From an uncultured Clostridia bacterium (GTDB lineage Bacteria; Bacillota; Clostridia; TANB77; CAG-508), in contig CALXKC010000002.1 of NCBI GenBank assembly GCA_944388775.1, positions 1-63,412 on the forward strand: a stretch of 63,412 bases of DNA. Reading direction: 5' to 3'. Each line of letters begins with the position of its first letter. Position 1 is the stretch's first letter. Positions 42,924 through 52,938 of this stretch are shown in pieces. Both the position numbers and the translations under genes were made by a program. Below the pieces are notes generated by a model. The model worked only from the letters and a program-made list of their open reading frames with translations, searched no databases and had not been told where the DNA came from.

Positions 42924-43475
42924 CTAAAAGCTTACTTTTACATTTTTTCTAGCTTCATCGCTATCTGCTGTGAATAAATCACGAGCTTTGAATTTGAATA
43001 TGTTTGCGATTATATTAGAAGGGAAAACTTCTAATTTTGTGTTATACATTGTTACAGTGTCGTTATAAAATTGTCTTGAAAAAGATATTTTATTTTCTGT
43101 ATTTCTTAATTCTTCTGATAGTTCTGAGAAGTTTTGATTAGCTTTTAAATCTGGATAGTTTTCTGCAACAGCCATAATTGTTTTTAAAGCAGTTGACAAT
43201 TCGCTATCTAAATTTGCTTTTTCAGCTACAGTTTGTGTTTCTGACCAAGAACTTCTTAGACTAGTAATTTTTTCAAATGTTTCTTTTTCATGTGTCATAT
43301 AGCCTTTTACTGTTTCAACAAAATTTGGTATTAAATCAAATCTTCTTTGTAATTGTACATCGATTTGACTCCAAGCATTGTCTACTTTTATTCTTGCTTG
43401 AACTAAACTGTTGTACATTCCAATTACTGCGATAACTAGAATAACTACAATGGCTAATATTATCCAACCAATCAT
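42924..43475 (-). CDS. lemA: LemA family protein
   Basis: 183 aa with an N-terminal TM helix and the motifs NAWSQIDVQLQRR.DLIPN and ENYPDLKAN. Confidence 0.9.
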   Translation of the reverse strand: MIGWIILAIVVILVIAVIGMYNSLVQARIKVDNAWSQIDVQLQRRFDLIPNFVETVKGYMTHEKETFEKITSLRSSWSETQTVAEKANLDSELSTALKTIMAVAENYPDLKANQNFSELSEELRNTENKISFSRQFYNDTVTMYNTKLEVFPSNIIANIFKFKARDLFTADSDEARKNVKVSF

Positions 43476-43753
43476 GTTTTTTCCTCCAATCTATTATATA
43501 TTTATTATTATATACAAAATCATAATAACATATTAATTTTTTTTATACAATAATTATGTGAAAATTTGGTGAAAATTCTGTAATTCTTAATTAAAATTAT
43601 AATAAAGAAGTAAATTATAAAAAATAATTATAATCTTAATGTAAAACTATAAATTCTGTAATAAATAAGAAACCAAATGCATAAAATAGTATAAAGCAAA
43701 AAATACATCTTTGTTTACGGACAAAGCATTTTGCGACGAAAAAATCTCAAAAT

Positions 43754-43782
43754 TTGACAAAAAAAGAAAAAAATAGTATAAT
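43754..43782 (+). promoter_or_regulatory. consensus sigma-A promoter
   Basis: TTGACA (43754-43759), 17-nt spacer, TATAAT (43777-43782), upstream of the G5/3D-domain gene. Confidence 0.7.
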
Positions 43783-43816
43783 ATACTTGTTGCCAAAAAG
43801 GAGGTAATTAATTTAT

Positions 43817-44749
43817 ATGAAAAAAGAAGAAAAAGCTTCAATTTCTATAATGAAAATCATCTGTATAAGTATAATTCTAATCCTAATATCAGGGATAGGA
43901 GTTATGGCAGTAAATACACAATTAAGTGATGTTAAGATAGTACTTCAAAACGGATATGAAATGACAGCATTAACATCAAAAACAAAAGTATCAGACATAT
44001 TAGAAGAAAATAATATTATTTTAGAAGATAATCAAAAAACAATACCAGACTTAGATAGTGAAATTACAGCAGGAGAAACAATAAAAATTACAGATAAATC
44101 ATATAACGAAGTACAAATAGCAAAAATTTCAGAAGATGGTGTAGAAACATCATTAGACCAATTATTGGAAAACTATGCACCAGTTACTGAAAAAATAGTT
44201 GTAGAACAAGTAACAATACCTTATGAAACAGTTACAAAAAATACAACAAATGCAACTACAGGAACAACAAATAAAGTTTTACAACAAGGAAAAGATGGTT
44301 TAAAAGAAGTAACTTACAAAGTTAAATATCAAAATGAAGTAGAAATTGAAAAAACAGTAATTTCTGAAGTGGTTATAACAGAACCAGTTGATAAGATAGT
44401 TCAAGTTCAAAAAGTTCAAACATCAAGATCATCAACATTACCAAGAACATCTTCAAGTTCTACTACTGGAGGAACAACTTATAAAATTACAGCATATTGT
44501 CCATGTAGCAAATGTTGTGGAAAAGCAACTGGAAGAACAGCTTCAGGAACAAAAGCAACAGCAGGAAGAACTGTTGCAGCATCAAGTAAATTCGCATTTG
44601 GAACAAAATTAAATATAGGAGGTCACATCTATACTGTTGAAGATAGAGGTGGCGCAGTAAATGGTAACAAAATAGACATATTTGTTAATACACATGCAGA
44701 AGCTCTTCAATGGGGAGTTAGATACATGAATGTAAGTGTAGTTAACTAA
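43817..44749 (+). CDS. DUF348-G5-3D domain cell-wall protein (YabE/RpfB-like)
   Basis: 310 aa with an N-terminal TM helix. It has a DUF348-like segment and a G5 segment (LQQGKDGLKEVTYKV). The C-terminal 3D domain reads YKITAYCPCSKCCGK...TVEDRGGAV.GNKIDIF. Confidence 0.85.
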   Translation: MKKEEKASISIMKIICISIILILISGIGVMAVNTQLSDVKIVLQNGYEMTALTSKTKVSDILEENNIILEDNQKTIPDLDSEITAGETIKITDKSYNEVQIAKISEDGVETSLDQLLENYAPVTEKIVVEQVTIPYETVTKNTTNATTGTTNKVLQQGKDGLKEVTYKVKYQNEVEIEKTVISEVVITEPVDKIVQVQKVQTSRSSTLPRTSSSSTTGGTTYKITAYCPCSKCCGKATGRTASGTKATAGRTVAASSKFAFGTKLNIGGHIYTVEDRGGAVNGNKIDIFVNTHAEALQWGVRYMNVSVVN

Positions 44750-44863
44750 AATTTGATTTGAAAATGATTGAGGTAGGAATGTAAAGTTTTCTGCCTCGTT
44801 TTTCTTTTAATTGCTATTTTTACTAAAACATGATAAAATAGGGCTACTAGAAAGATACATGAT

Positions 44864-44916
44864 GTGTCCCAGAATGGACAAAAGTGTCCATATGGAAACG
44901 TCCCCAAATGGACAAA
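44864..44916 (-). repeat. GGGAC-box repeat, type 3 (inverted orientation)
   Basis: The reverse complement reads tttgtccatttggggacgtttccatatggacacttttgtccattctgggacac. It abuts the RBS of xth. Confidence 0.8.
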
Positions 44917-44930
44917 AAGGAGGAAAATAG

Positions 44931-45701
44931 ATGAAGTTAATATCATGGAATGTAAATGGAATAAGAGCATGTGTGAATAAAGGATTCAAAGAATTCTTTA
45001 AAGAAATAGATGCAGACATATTTTGCATACAAGAAACAAAATGTCAAGAAGGGCAAATAGAATTAGAATTTGAAGGATATAAAAGTTTTTGGAATAGTGC
45101 TGAAAGAAAAGGATACTCAGGAACAGCAATATTTACAAAAATAAATCCATTATCAGTTAGATATGGAATTGGAATAGAAGAGCATGATAAAGAAGGAAGA
45201 GTTATAACACTAGAATTTGAAGACTTTTATATGGTAAATATCTATACACCAAACTCAAAAAGAGAATTGGAAAGACTAGATTATAGACAAATATGGGAAG
45301 ATGAAATAAGAAAATATTTATTAAAATTAAACGAAACAAAACCTGTAATAATGTGTGGAGATTTAAATGTAGCACATGAAGAAATAGACTTAAAAAATCC
45401 AAAAACAAATAGAGGAAATGCAGGATTTACAGATGAAGAAAGAGCAAAAATGACAGAACTATTAAATGCTGGGTTTGTAGATAGTTTCCGTTACCTATAT
45501 CCTGATAAAGAAGGACAATATAGTTGGTGGTCATATATGGGAAAAGCAAGAGAAAAGAATGCAGGATGGAGAATTGACTATTTTATAGTATCAAAAGATA
45601 TAAAGGATAAAATAAAAGAAGCCACAATTTATCCAGAAGTTATGGGAAGCGACCATTGTCCAGTCGGGCTTGTGGTTAGTTTGGGGACAGGTTCGGACTG
45701 A
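44931..45701 (+). CDS. xth: exodeoxyribonuclease III
   Basis: 256 aa with motifs SWNVNGIRA, CIQETK, GDLNVAH and SDHCPV. The last ~7 residues (SLGTGSD) are encoded by the downstream repeat. Confidence 0.9.
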   Translation: MKLISWNVNGIRACVNKGFKEFFKEIDADIFCIQETKCQEGQIELEFEGYKSFWNSAERKGYSGTAIFTKINPLSVRYGIGIEEHDKEGRVITLEFEDFYMVNIYTPNSKRELERLDYRQIWEDEIRKYLLKLNETKPVIMCGDLNVAHEEIDLKNPKTNRGNAGFTDEERAKMTELLNAGFVDSFRYLYPDKEGQYSWWSYMGKAREKNAGWRIDYFIVSKDIKDKIKEATIYPEVMGSDHCPVGLVVSLGTGSD

Positions 45702-45729
45702 CCATTTTTGGATAGTTTAGGGACGCCAC
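45683..45729 (+). repeat. GGGAC-box repeat, divergent type 3
   Basis: Sequence is ggggacaggttcggactgaccatttttggatagtttagggacgccac. The two GGGAC boxes are 36 nt apart, and it overlaps the xth stop. Confidence 0.7.
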
Positions 45730-45837
45730 TTTTATATATTAATTAATGTTAGCTATAAATAGTAGGATATTAAATTTCACTAACAGTGCAAAAGTAGACG
45801 GTTTAATTAGAACTAAAAAGAAAGGATTGAAAATTTT

Positions 45838-46989
45838 ATGGAGAAAATAAAAAATGATTGGAAAAAGTGGTTATACTGGTTTTTGTTGGGATTTGCAATA
45901 ATTGTAGTATATAATATCTTTAATAATTTTGATGAAGTAATGGGAGTATTAGGAAGATTTTTTGATATAGTAGCTCCATTTATAGCTGGTATCTTTATAG
46001 CATATTTGTTATATATGCCATGTAGAAAAATAGAAAGATTTTTTTCAAAGTCTAAGTCAAAATTTGTAAAGAAACGAGCAAGAGTTTTAAGCATAATAAC
46101 TGTTTATTTAATAGTTCTATTAATAATTGCAGTTTTAATAGGAGTTATATTACCTGTTGTTATAGAAAGTGTAACAGACTTTTTAAACAATATTCAAAAT
46201 TATTATGAAACAGCAATTGATAGATATAATGCTTTACCAGAAGATTCAATATTAAAAAGTGATATAGTAAATGATGCAATTCAGAGTATACAACATATAG
46301 ATATCAAACAATATTTCCAAATGGATAAGATAATAGGTTATGTAATGACAGCTGTTCAAGCAGTTACTGGTATTGTTGATATATTTGTTACATTAATTGT
46401 TTCTATATACATATTAGCAGAAAGAACAAAAATTATAGCATTTTTGAAAAGAGTTGCTTCTGCTATGTTTAAAGAAAGAACATACAAAAATGTAAATAAA
46501 TATTTTAATAATTCAAATGAAATATTTTTTAAATTTATTGCTAGTCAATTTTTAGATGCAGTAGTAGTTGGAACTTTAATTACAATTGCATTAACAATTA
46601 TGGGAGTTAGATATGCTCCATTACTTGGATTTTTTATAGGATTATTTAATATGATTCCTTTTGTTGGAGCAATAATTGCTACTGTAATTTCAGCATTGAT
46701 TACTTTAATTACAGGAGGACTTAGTCAAGCTATATGGATGCTTATTGTAACTATTGTATTGCAACAAATTGATGCAAATATAATTAATCCTAAAATTGTA
46801 GGTCAGTCATTGAAGATTAGCCCATTATTAGTTTTGTTTGCAGTAACTGTTGGAGGAGCATATTTTGGAATATTAGGTATGTTTTTAGCTGTTCCAGTTG
46901 TTGCGGTTATACGTATTTTAGTAGATGATTTTGTGAGTTATAGATTAGTTGTTAAAAAAAGAGAAAAGAAAATGGTGGTTGAAAAATAA
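45838..46989 (+). CDS. AI-2E family transporter (UPF0118/PerM-like permease)
   Basis: 383 aa, polytopic. The C-terminal block IPFVGAIIA....QQIDANIINPKIVG is typical of the family. Confidence 0.8.
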   Translation: MEKIKNDWKKWLYWFLLGFAIIVVYNIFNNFDEVMGVLGRFFDIVAPFIAGIFIAYLLYMPCRKIERFFSKSKSKFVKKRARVLSIITVYLIVLLIIAVLIGVILPVVIESVTDFLNNIQNYYETAIDRYNALPEDSILKSDIVNDAIQSIQHIDIKQYFQMDKIIGYVMTAVQAVTGIVDIFVTLIVSIYILAERTKIIAFLKRVASAMFKERTYKNVNKYFNNSNEIFFKFIASQFLDAVVVGTLITIALTIMGVRYAPLLGFFIGLFNMIPFVGAIIATVISALITLITGGLSQAIWMLIVTIVLQQIDANIINPKIVGQSLKISPLLVLFAVTVGGAYFGILGMFLAVPVVAVIRILVDDFVSYRLVVKKREKKMVVEK

Positions 46990-47055
46990 CTGTAATTGAT
47001 ATTTATTATAATAATCTGTATGTTACAATTCACAGTTGAAATAATTTCTTATTAG

Positions 47056-47229
47056 TTAGGATATTATATTAAATATTTTTTTGTACCTTGTTGTCGCAAC
47101 AGATTGATTATCAAAAGAAAAATAAATTTTTCTTTTGATAGAAAGAAAGTTGCTCCAATCGCACTCGCCTTAAAAAGGCTCGTTTGGGCGCTACGCGGTA
47201 CTGCAAAATTATTTAATATAATATCCTAA
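47056..47229. repeat. 174-nt palindromic element with GC-rich interior
   Basis: Arms are ttaggatattatattaaatatttttttgtacc / ggtactgcaaaattatttaatataatatcctaa. The interior has a perfect hairpin (tatcaaaagaaaaa..tttttcttttgata) and a GC-rich stretch cgcactcgcc...ggcgctacgcgg. Confidence 0.8.
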
Positions 47230-47256
47230 GTGTGGAAAGGAAAGAAATAAAAATTT

Positions 47257-48249
47257 ATGAAAGAAGAAGTACTTGAAACAATAAAAAAATATAACATGAT
47301 AGAAAACGGAGACAAGATAGTTCTAGCAGTATCTGGAGGACCAGATTCTATTTGCATGCTAGATATATTAAACGATATAAAAAATGACGCAACAATAGAT
47401 ATAAACTTTGAAATAGTAGTTGCACATGTTAACCATATGATTAGAAAAGAAGCTCAAGAGGACGAAAAATATGTAAAAAAATATTGTGAAGAAAAACAAA
47501 TAGAATTTTATTCAAAAAGTATAGATGTTCAAAAAATGGCTAATAATAATAAAATAGGAATAGAAGAAGCTGGAAGAAAAGCAAGATATGATTTTTTTAA
47601 TGAAATTTTAGAAAGGACAAATGCGCAAAAAATAGCAATTGCTCATAACAAAAATGACAAAGTTGAAACAGTTTTAATGCATATCCTAAGGGGTAGCGGA
47701 ATAAATGGTTTGAAAGGAATTGAAGCAAAAAGAGGAAAATATATAAGACCATTAATTGAATGTGAAAGAAACGAAATTGAAGATTATTGTAGTAACAAAA
47801 ATTTACAACCTAGAATTGATAAAACAAATTTTGAAAATGAATATACAAGAAATAAAGTGAGAAACCTCTTAATTCCGTATATTCAGAAGGAATTTAATCC
47901 AAATCTAATACAAACAATTGATAGATTATCAAATCTAGTGGCAGAAGAAGAAAAATATATGGACAAGCAAGTTGAAAAAGTATATAAAGAAATGTTAATT
48001 AGTGAAAGTGAAAATGAAATTCAGTTACGATTAAAAACATTTAATATCCAAGAAAAAGTAATAAAATCAAGGATTATATTATATACTATAACAAGACTTT
48101 TTGGAAATTCTAAAGGATTAGAAAAGATACATATAGAAGATATAATAAAACTATGCAGTAATAATATAGGTAATAAGTATTTGACTCCAAATAAAAATAT
48201 AAAAATATTGATAAAAAATCATAAGATTTACTTTATGAGTCAAGTGTAG
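47257..48249 (+). CDS. tilS: tRNA(Ile)-lysidine synthase (short form)
   Basis: 330 aa with the PP-loop motif LAVSGGPDS and IAHNKNDKVETVLM. Confidence 0.9.
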   Translation: MKEEVLETIKKYNMIENGDKIVLAVSGGPDSICMLDILNDIKNDATIDINFEIVVAHVNHMIRKEAQEDEKYVKKYCEEKQIEFYSKSIDVQKMANNNKIGIEEAGRKARYDFFNEILERTNAQKIAIAHNKNDKVETVLMHILRGSGINGLKGIEAKRGKYIRPLIECERNEIEDYCSNKNLQPRIDKTNFENEYTRNKVRNLLIPYIQKEFNPNLIQTIDRLSNLVAEEEKYMDKQVEKVYKEMLISESENEIQLRLKTFNIQEKVIKSRIILYTITRLFGNSKGLEKIHIEDIIKLCSNNIGNKYLTPNKNIKILIKNHKIYFMSQV

Positions 48250-48310
48250 AAATCCGTAATGAAAAATGCTACAACCATTGAAATGTCACAAAAAAGTCAT
48301 AAAAAAAGTA

Positions 48311-48339
48311 TTGAAAAAATAAAAGTGATATGTTATAAA
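48311..48339 (+). promoter_or_regulatory. sigma-A promoter with extended -10 upstream of ftsH
   Basis: TTGAAA (48311-48316), 17-nt spacer, TGtTATAAA (48331-48339). Confidence 0.55.
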
Positions 48340-48375
48340 AGCAATATGAAAAACAAAACATAAGGAGGAATTAAT

Positions 48376-50187
48376 TTGAAAAACGGGATTAAAACATTAG
48401 CAATGTGGTTAATAATAGGGGTAATTTTTATAGTAGTCTTATCTTCAATTGTAGAAAACAGCGAATCAAAACTACAATATTCTGAATTAATTACAAACAT
48501 TAATGAAGGAAATGTAGAAGCAATTCAAATAGAAGCGGATGGAACAACAGCTACAGTTGAATTGAAAGATGATAAAATAAAGAAAGAAGTTAATATTCCA
48601 GATATGGGTAGTTTTATGACATATACAGAAGAATTCCTAAAAGATGGAGCATTTTCTTTAGAAGAAGAATCTCAATCAATATTTATAACAGTACTTAGTT
48701 TGTTAACTCCATTTGGATTATTAATAATATTCTTAATATTCTGGTTCTTTATGATGGGAGGAACAGCAGGAGGCGGAAATCCAGGAAGCAAAACAATGAC
48801 ATTTGGAAAAAGCAAAGCTAGAATGATGACACCTGCTGACAAAAACAAAATTACATTTGATGATGTAGCCGGAGTAGATGAAGAAAAAGAAGAATTAGAA
48901 GAAATAGTACAATTCTTAAAAAATCCAAAGAAATTTACAGATATGGGAGCTAGAATTCCAAAAGGAGTTTTATTAGTTGGTCAACCAGGAACAGGTAAAA
49001 CACTTTTAGCTAAAGCAGTAGCAGGAGAAGCAGGAGTACCATTTTTCATAATAAGTGGTTCAGACTTTGTTGAAATGTTTGTTGGTGTTGGAGCATCAAG
49101 AGTAAGAGACTTATTTGACCAAGCTAAGAAAAATGCACCATGTATCATATTCATAGACGAAATTGATGCAGTAGGACGTCAAAGAGGAGCTGGTCTTGGT
49201 GGAGGACATGATGAAAGAGAACAAACATTAAACCAATTGTTAGTTGAAATGGACGGATTTGCAGCAAATGAAGGAGTTATAGTATTAGCTGCAACAAATA
49301 GACCAGATGTATTAGATAAAGCTCTACTTAGGGCAGGAAGATTTGACAGACAAATAGTAGTAGGATTACCAGATGTAAAAGCAAGAGAACAAATATTAGA
49401 AGTACATTCAAGAAAGAAAAGATTAGCAGATGATGTAGACTTAAAAGTTATTGCTAAAAACACATCAGGATTTGCGGGAGCAGACCTAGAAAATGTATTA
49501 AATGAAGCAGCACTTTTAGCAGCAAGAAGAAATCTAACTGAAATAGGAATGAGAGAAATAGAAGATGCAATGATAAAAGTAACAATGGGACCTGAAAAGA
49601 AAACAAAAGTAAGAAGCGAAAAAGAAAATAAATTAGTTGCATATCATGAAGCAGGTCATGCAGTAGTAAGCCATTACTTAGAAACACAAGATCCAGTACA
49701 TGAAATATCAATAGTACCAAGAGGAATGGCTGGTGGATATACAATGTATAGACCAACAGAAGATAAATCATTCATGTCAAAAACAGAAATGGAAGAAAAT
49801 ATCGTATCACTATTAGGTGGTAGAGTTGCAGAAGCACTTATATTAAATGATATATCAACAGGAGCAAGTAACGACATAGAAAGAGCAACAAAAATTGCAA
49901 GAAGTATGGTTACAAAATACGGAATGAGTGAAAGAATTGGAGCATTAATGCTAGGTTCAAGTCAAGACGAAGTATTTTTAGGAAGGGACTTTGGTCATAC
50001 AAAAGAATATTCAGAAGAAACAGCAGCAATAATAGATGAAGAAACAAAGAAAATAGTAGATACTGGATATAATAGAGCAAAACAAATATTATCAGACAAT
50101 ATAGATAAATTACACAAAGTTGCAGGAATATTACTAGAGAAAGAAAAAATCAATGCAGAAGAATTCGAAGCAATCTTTGGAGAATAG
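48376..50187 (+). CDS. ftsH: ATP-dependent zinc metalloprotease FtsH
   Basis: TTG start with a TAAGGAGG RBS. It has two TM segments, Walker A GQPGTGKT, the SRH region and the HEAGHA zinc motif. Confidence 0.95.
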   Translation: MKNGIKTLAMWLIIGVIFIVVLSSIVENSESKLQYSELITNINEGNVEAIQIEADGTTATVELKDDKIKKEVNIPDMGSFMTYTEEFLKDGAFSLEEESQSIFITVLSLLTPFGLLIIFLIFWFFMMGGTAGGGNPGSKTMTFGKSKARMMTPADKNKITFDDVAGVDEEKEELEEIVQFLKNPKKFTDMGARIPKGVLLVGQPGTGKTLLAKAVAGEAGVPFFIISGSDFVEMFVGVGASRVRDLFDQAKKNAPCIIFIDEIDAVGRQRGAGLGGGHDEREQTLNQLLVEMDGFAANEGVIVLAATNRPDVLDKALLRAGRFDRQIVVGLPDVKAREQILEVHSRKKRLADDVDLKVIAKNTSGFAGADLENVLNEAALLAARRNLTEIGMREIEDAMIKVTMGPEKKTKVRSEKENKLVAYHEAGHAVVSHYLETQDPVHEISIVPRGMAGGYTMYRPTEDKSFMSKTEMEENIVSLLGGRVAEALILNDISTGASNDIERATKIARSMVTKYGMSERIGALMLGSSQDEVFLGRDFGHTKEYSEETAAIIDEETKKIVDTGYNRAKQILSDNIDKLHKVAGILLEKEKINAEEFEAIFGE

Positions 50188-50241
50188 GGATTAGGGGGAC
50201 GGTCCTAAAAATCCCTGCTTTTAGGGATTTAGGGACGGACC
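50187..50241 (+). repeat. GGGAC-box hairpin repeat, type 1
   Basis: Sequence is gggattagggggacggtcctaaaaatccctgcttttagggatttagggacggacc. It starts on the last base of the ftsH TAG stop. Confidence 0.9.
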
Positions 50242-50254
50242 TTAAAAATAAAAG

Positions 50255-50291
50255 GAAAGTAGCAAAAATATATTGCTATTTTCTTTTTTTT
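50255..50291 (+). terminator. Rho-independent terminator after ftsH
   Basis: 11-bp stem gaaagtagcaa / ttgctattttc followed by a T8 run. Confidence 0.75.
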
Positions 50292-50340
50292 GCGATAAAA
50301 TTAAAACACCAAAGAGAAAAAAGAAAAGTAGGGAATAGCA

Positions 50341-50703
50341 ATGAAAAATTACTATGAAATATTAGAGGTTAATAAAAAAGCCTCGAAAGAAGTAATAGAA
50401 AAAGCATATAAAGTATTAGTAAAAAAATATCATCCAGACTTATATTCTGGTCAAAAGAAAAATTATGCCGAAGAAAAAATAAAAGAAATAAACGAAGCAT
50501 ATAGTGTTTTAACAGATGAATTTATGAAAGCGCAATATGATGCTGAATTAGAAAAACAAGAACAGGAAGATTTATACAAAAAATATAATCAAAAGCAAAG
50601 TGAGAATACGCAAAGAAATATGAATAGTACTAATAACGTTCATAGAGAAAATAAATCACAGAAATCACGGACAAAACAAGAAAAAAGAAGTAGAAGATTT
50701 TAA
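50341..50703 (+). CDS. J-domain (DnaJ-like) protein
   Basis: 120 aa with the J-domain sequence YYEILEV...[12 protein letters not shown]. It may be the N-terminal part of a frameshifted gene (see findings). Confidence 0.75.
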   Translation: MKNYYEILEVNKKASKEVIEKAYKVLVKKYHPDLYSGQKKNYAEEKIKEINEAYSVLTDEFMKAQYDAELEKQEQEDLYKKYNQKQSENTQRNMNSTNNVHRENKSQKSRTKQEKRSRRF

Positions 50704-50710
50704 TGAAAGA

Positions 50711-50959
50711 ATGAAAAAACATAAAGTTGGTTCATTTTCTGGAATAGTTGAGTTATGCAAAGAATTATATAAAAATAAGCCTAAAAGAGATGAAATGAAA
50801 GAGGTAACTAAAAAAGATGTTATAGCATTAATATTAACAATAGTAGTTGTAATATTGATACTTGTGGCTTTATGGTACATACCATTTACAAATGGATGGA
50901 TAAGGCAATTATTATTCGAAAATTCACTTTTTAATGCAATAGCAGGATTGTTTAAATGA
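50711..50959 (+). CDS. small membrane protein, possibly the C-terminal part of the J-domain gene
   Basis: 82 aa with one TM helix (VIALILTIVVVILILVALWYI). Its reading frame is already open from 50624, overlapping the upstream ORF. Confidence 0.5.
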   Translation: MKKHKVGSFSGIVELCKELYKNKPKRDEMKEVTKKDVIALILTIVVVILILVALWYIPFTNGWIRQLLFENSLFNAIAGLFK

Positions 50960-50988
50960 AAATAGGTTGATTTATTGAATTTTAGCTA

Positions 50989-51017
50989 TTGACAACAACA
51001 ATTCATTAATGTATAAT
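50989..51017 (+). promoter_or_regulatory. consensus sigma-A promoter of rpsU
   Basis: TTGACA (50989-50994), 17-nt spacer, TATAAT (51012-51017). Confidence 0.75.
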
Positions 51018-51082
51018 AGTAGCGTTAAGAAGGGTTATCCCACATACACTTTTCGTATGGACCGGAAGGAGGGGAATAAAAA

Positions 51083-51253
51083 ATGTCAGAAATAAAAGTT
51101 AATAATGGAAATATAGAAGATGCACTAAGAAGATTTAAAAGACAATGTGCAAGAAATGGAGTACTTCAGGAAGTACGTAAAAGAGAACACTATGAAAAAC
51201 CTAGTGTAAAGAGAAAGAAAAAATCAGAAGCAGCTAGAAAAAGAAAATTTTAG
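51083..51253 (+). CDS. rpsU: 30S ribosomal protein S21
   Basis: 56-aa ORF below the track cutoff, with a GGAAGGAGGGG RBS. The sequence is [47 protein letters not shown]. Confidence 0.9.
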   Translation: MSEIKVNNGNIEDALRRFKRQCARNGVLQEVRKREHYEKPSVKRKKKSEAARKRKF

Positions 51254-51274
51254 TATGAAAATAAAAAGGATTGG

Positions 51275-51321
51275 ATTGGAAGTTAAGGATGTACATATAA
51301 CATGAGACTTCCAATTTTTTT
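51275..51321 (+). terminator. Rho-independent terminator after rpsU
   Basis: Stem attggaagt / acttccaat followed by a T7 run. Confidence 0.75.
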
Positions 51322-51345
51322 ATTAAAAATTGTGATATATTCTCT

Positions 51346-51524
51346 AAGTTAAAATATAAAATTTTACTTATTAAATGGTTAACATTACAGAATATACAAA
51401 TTCTAACATTATAAATCAGGCACTTCTCAAAGACAAGTTTGAGATTCTCCTAATTTATAATTTAAGAATTTGTAATATTCTTTCATTCACATATTTAATT
51501 GCATAAAATTTCATATTTTAACTT
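51346..51524. repeat. 179-nt long palindrome
   Basis: ~76-nt arms (aagttaaaatataaaatttta... / ...taaaatttcatattttaactt) surround the centre cacttctcaaagacaagtttgagattct. The geometry is the same as 12661-12841. Confidence 0.8.
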
Positions 51525-51653
51525 GTTGAATGTAAAAAAGTTTCAGGCTAATAAATAAAATTTATAAATTTAATATATAAAATTAAGAAAATAAGTGTAT
51601 AATAAATAATATTAAAGCAAAAAATTGAAAGTAAATAAAAAGGAGGAAAATTT

Positions 51654-52922
51654 ATGCAATATCAAGAGAAAGAAATAAAAAAAGGAATAGAATTCCATGA
51701 GCTTAATACAAATAAATTTAAAACAAACCTAGTGGCAGTATTTTTAACAACAGAGCTAACAAGAGAAAATGTAACAAAAAATGCATTAATATCAACAATC
51801 TTAAGAAGAGGTTCTAAAAACATGCCATCACAAGAAGAAATAAGTAAGCAAATGGAAGAAATGTATGGAGCAAGTTTTGACTGTGGATTAGATAAAATTG
51901 GAGATAATCAAGTTTTAAAATTTTATATGGAAACAATAAATGATGATTTTATTCCACTACAAAAGGAAAAAATGTTGAAAACTACACTTGAAAAGATACT
52001 TGAAATAGTATTTAATCCATATATCGAAAATGGAGAATTCAAAAAAGAATATGTAGAGCAAGAAAAAAATACTATAAAACAAAGAATAGAAGGAAAAATA
52101 GATAATAAAGCAAGATATGCTTTAAATAGATGTATTGAAGAAATGTATAAAGATGAGCCGTATGGGTTATATAAGTTCGGATATGTTGAAGATTTAGATG
52201 CAATTGATGGTAAAAATCTATATGAATATTATCAAGAGTTAATTAAAAATTGTAAAATTGATATTCTTGTTTCTGGAATATTGCCAGATGATATTGAAGA
52301 GCTAATCAAAGAAAACGAAAATATCAAAAATTTACAAGAAAGAGAACCAAAATACGTAATGCCAAAATTGGCAACTAAAAATACAGAAAAAGAAAATGTA
52401 GTTACAGAATCAATGGAAGTAACACAAGGAAAATTAGTTTTAGGATTGGATATCAAGTTGGAAGATGATAAACAAAAATATGATGCTTTGTTATATAACA
52501 GTATTTTAGGTGGAACACCAAATTCTAAGATGTTCCAAAATGTAAGAGAAAAAGCGCATTTAGCATATGCTGCAAGTTCTAGTTATATAAGACAAAAAAG
52601 CAATATATTTATAAATTGTGGAATAGAAATAAGCAACTATGAAAAAGCATTAGAAATTGTAAAAAAACAAATTGAAGATATGAAAAAAGGAGATTTTACA
52701 GAAGAGGATATAGAAAATGCTAAAAAAGGAATAATATCAACAATAGACTTGATAGATGACGAACAAGATACAGGTATCACATATTATTTTGGACAAGAAT
52801 TATCTAATAATAAGATAAGTCCTGAAGAATATAAAGAAATTGTACAAAAAGTTCAAAAAGATGATATTGTTAAAATAGCAAATTCAGTAAGTATAAATAC
52901 AATTTACTTTTTAAAAGACTAA
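51654..52922 (+). CDS. M16-family peptidase-like protein, non-catalytic subunit (no HxxEH)
   Basis: 422 aa with an AAGGAGG RBS. It has M16 fold-type sequence but no zinc motif, and is paired with the downstream catalytic homolog. Confidence 0.75.
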   Translation: MQYQEKEIKKGIEFHELNTNKFKTNLVAVFLTTELTRENVTKNALISTILRRGSKNMPSQEEISKQMEEMYGASFDCGLDKIGDNQVLKFYMETINDDFIPLQKEKMLKTTLEKILEIVFNPYIENGEFKKEYVEQEKNTIKQRIEGKIDNKARYALNRCIEEMYKDEPYGLYKFGYVEDLDAIDGKNLYEYYQELIKNCKIDILVSGILPDDIEELIKENENIKNLQEREPKYVMPKLATKNTEKENVVTESMEVTQGKLVLGLDIKLEDDKQKYDALLYNSILGGTPNSKMFQNVREKAHLAYAASSSYIRQKSNIFINCGIEISNYEKALEIVKKQIEDMKKGDFTEEDIENAKKGIISTIDLIDDEQDTGITYYFGQELSNNKISPEEYKEIVQKVQKDDIVKIANSVSINTIYFLKD

Positions 52923-52938
52923 AATAGGAGGGAAAAAT

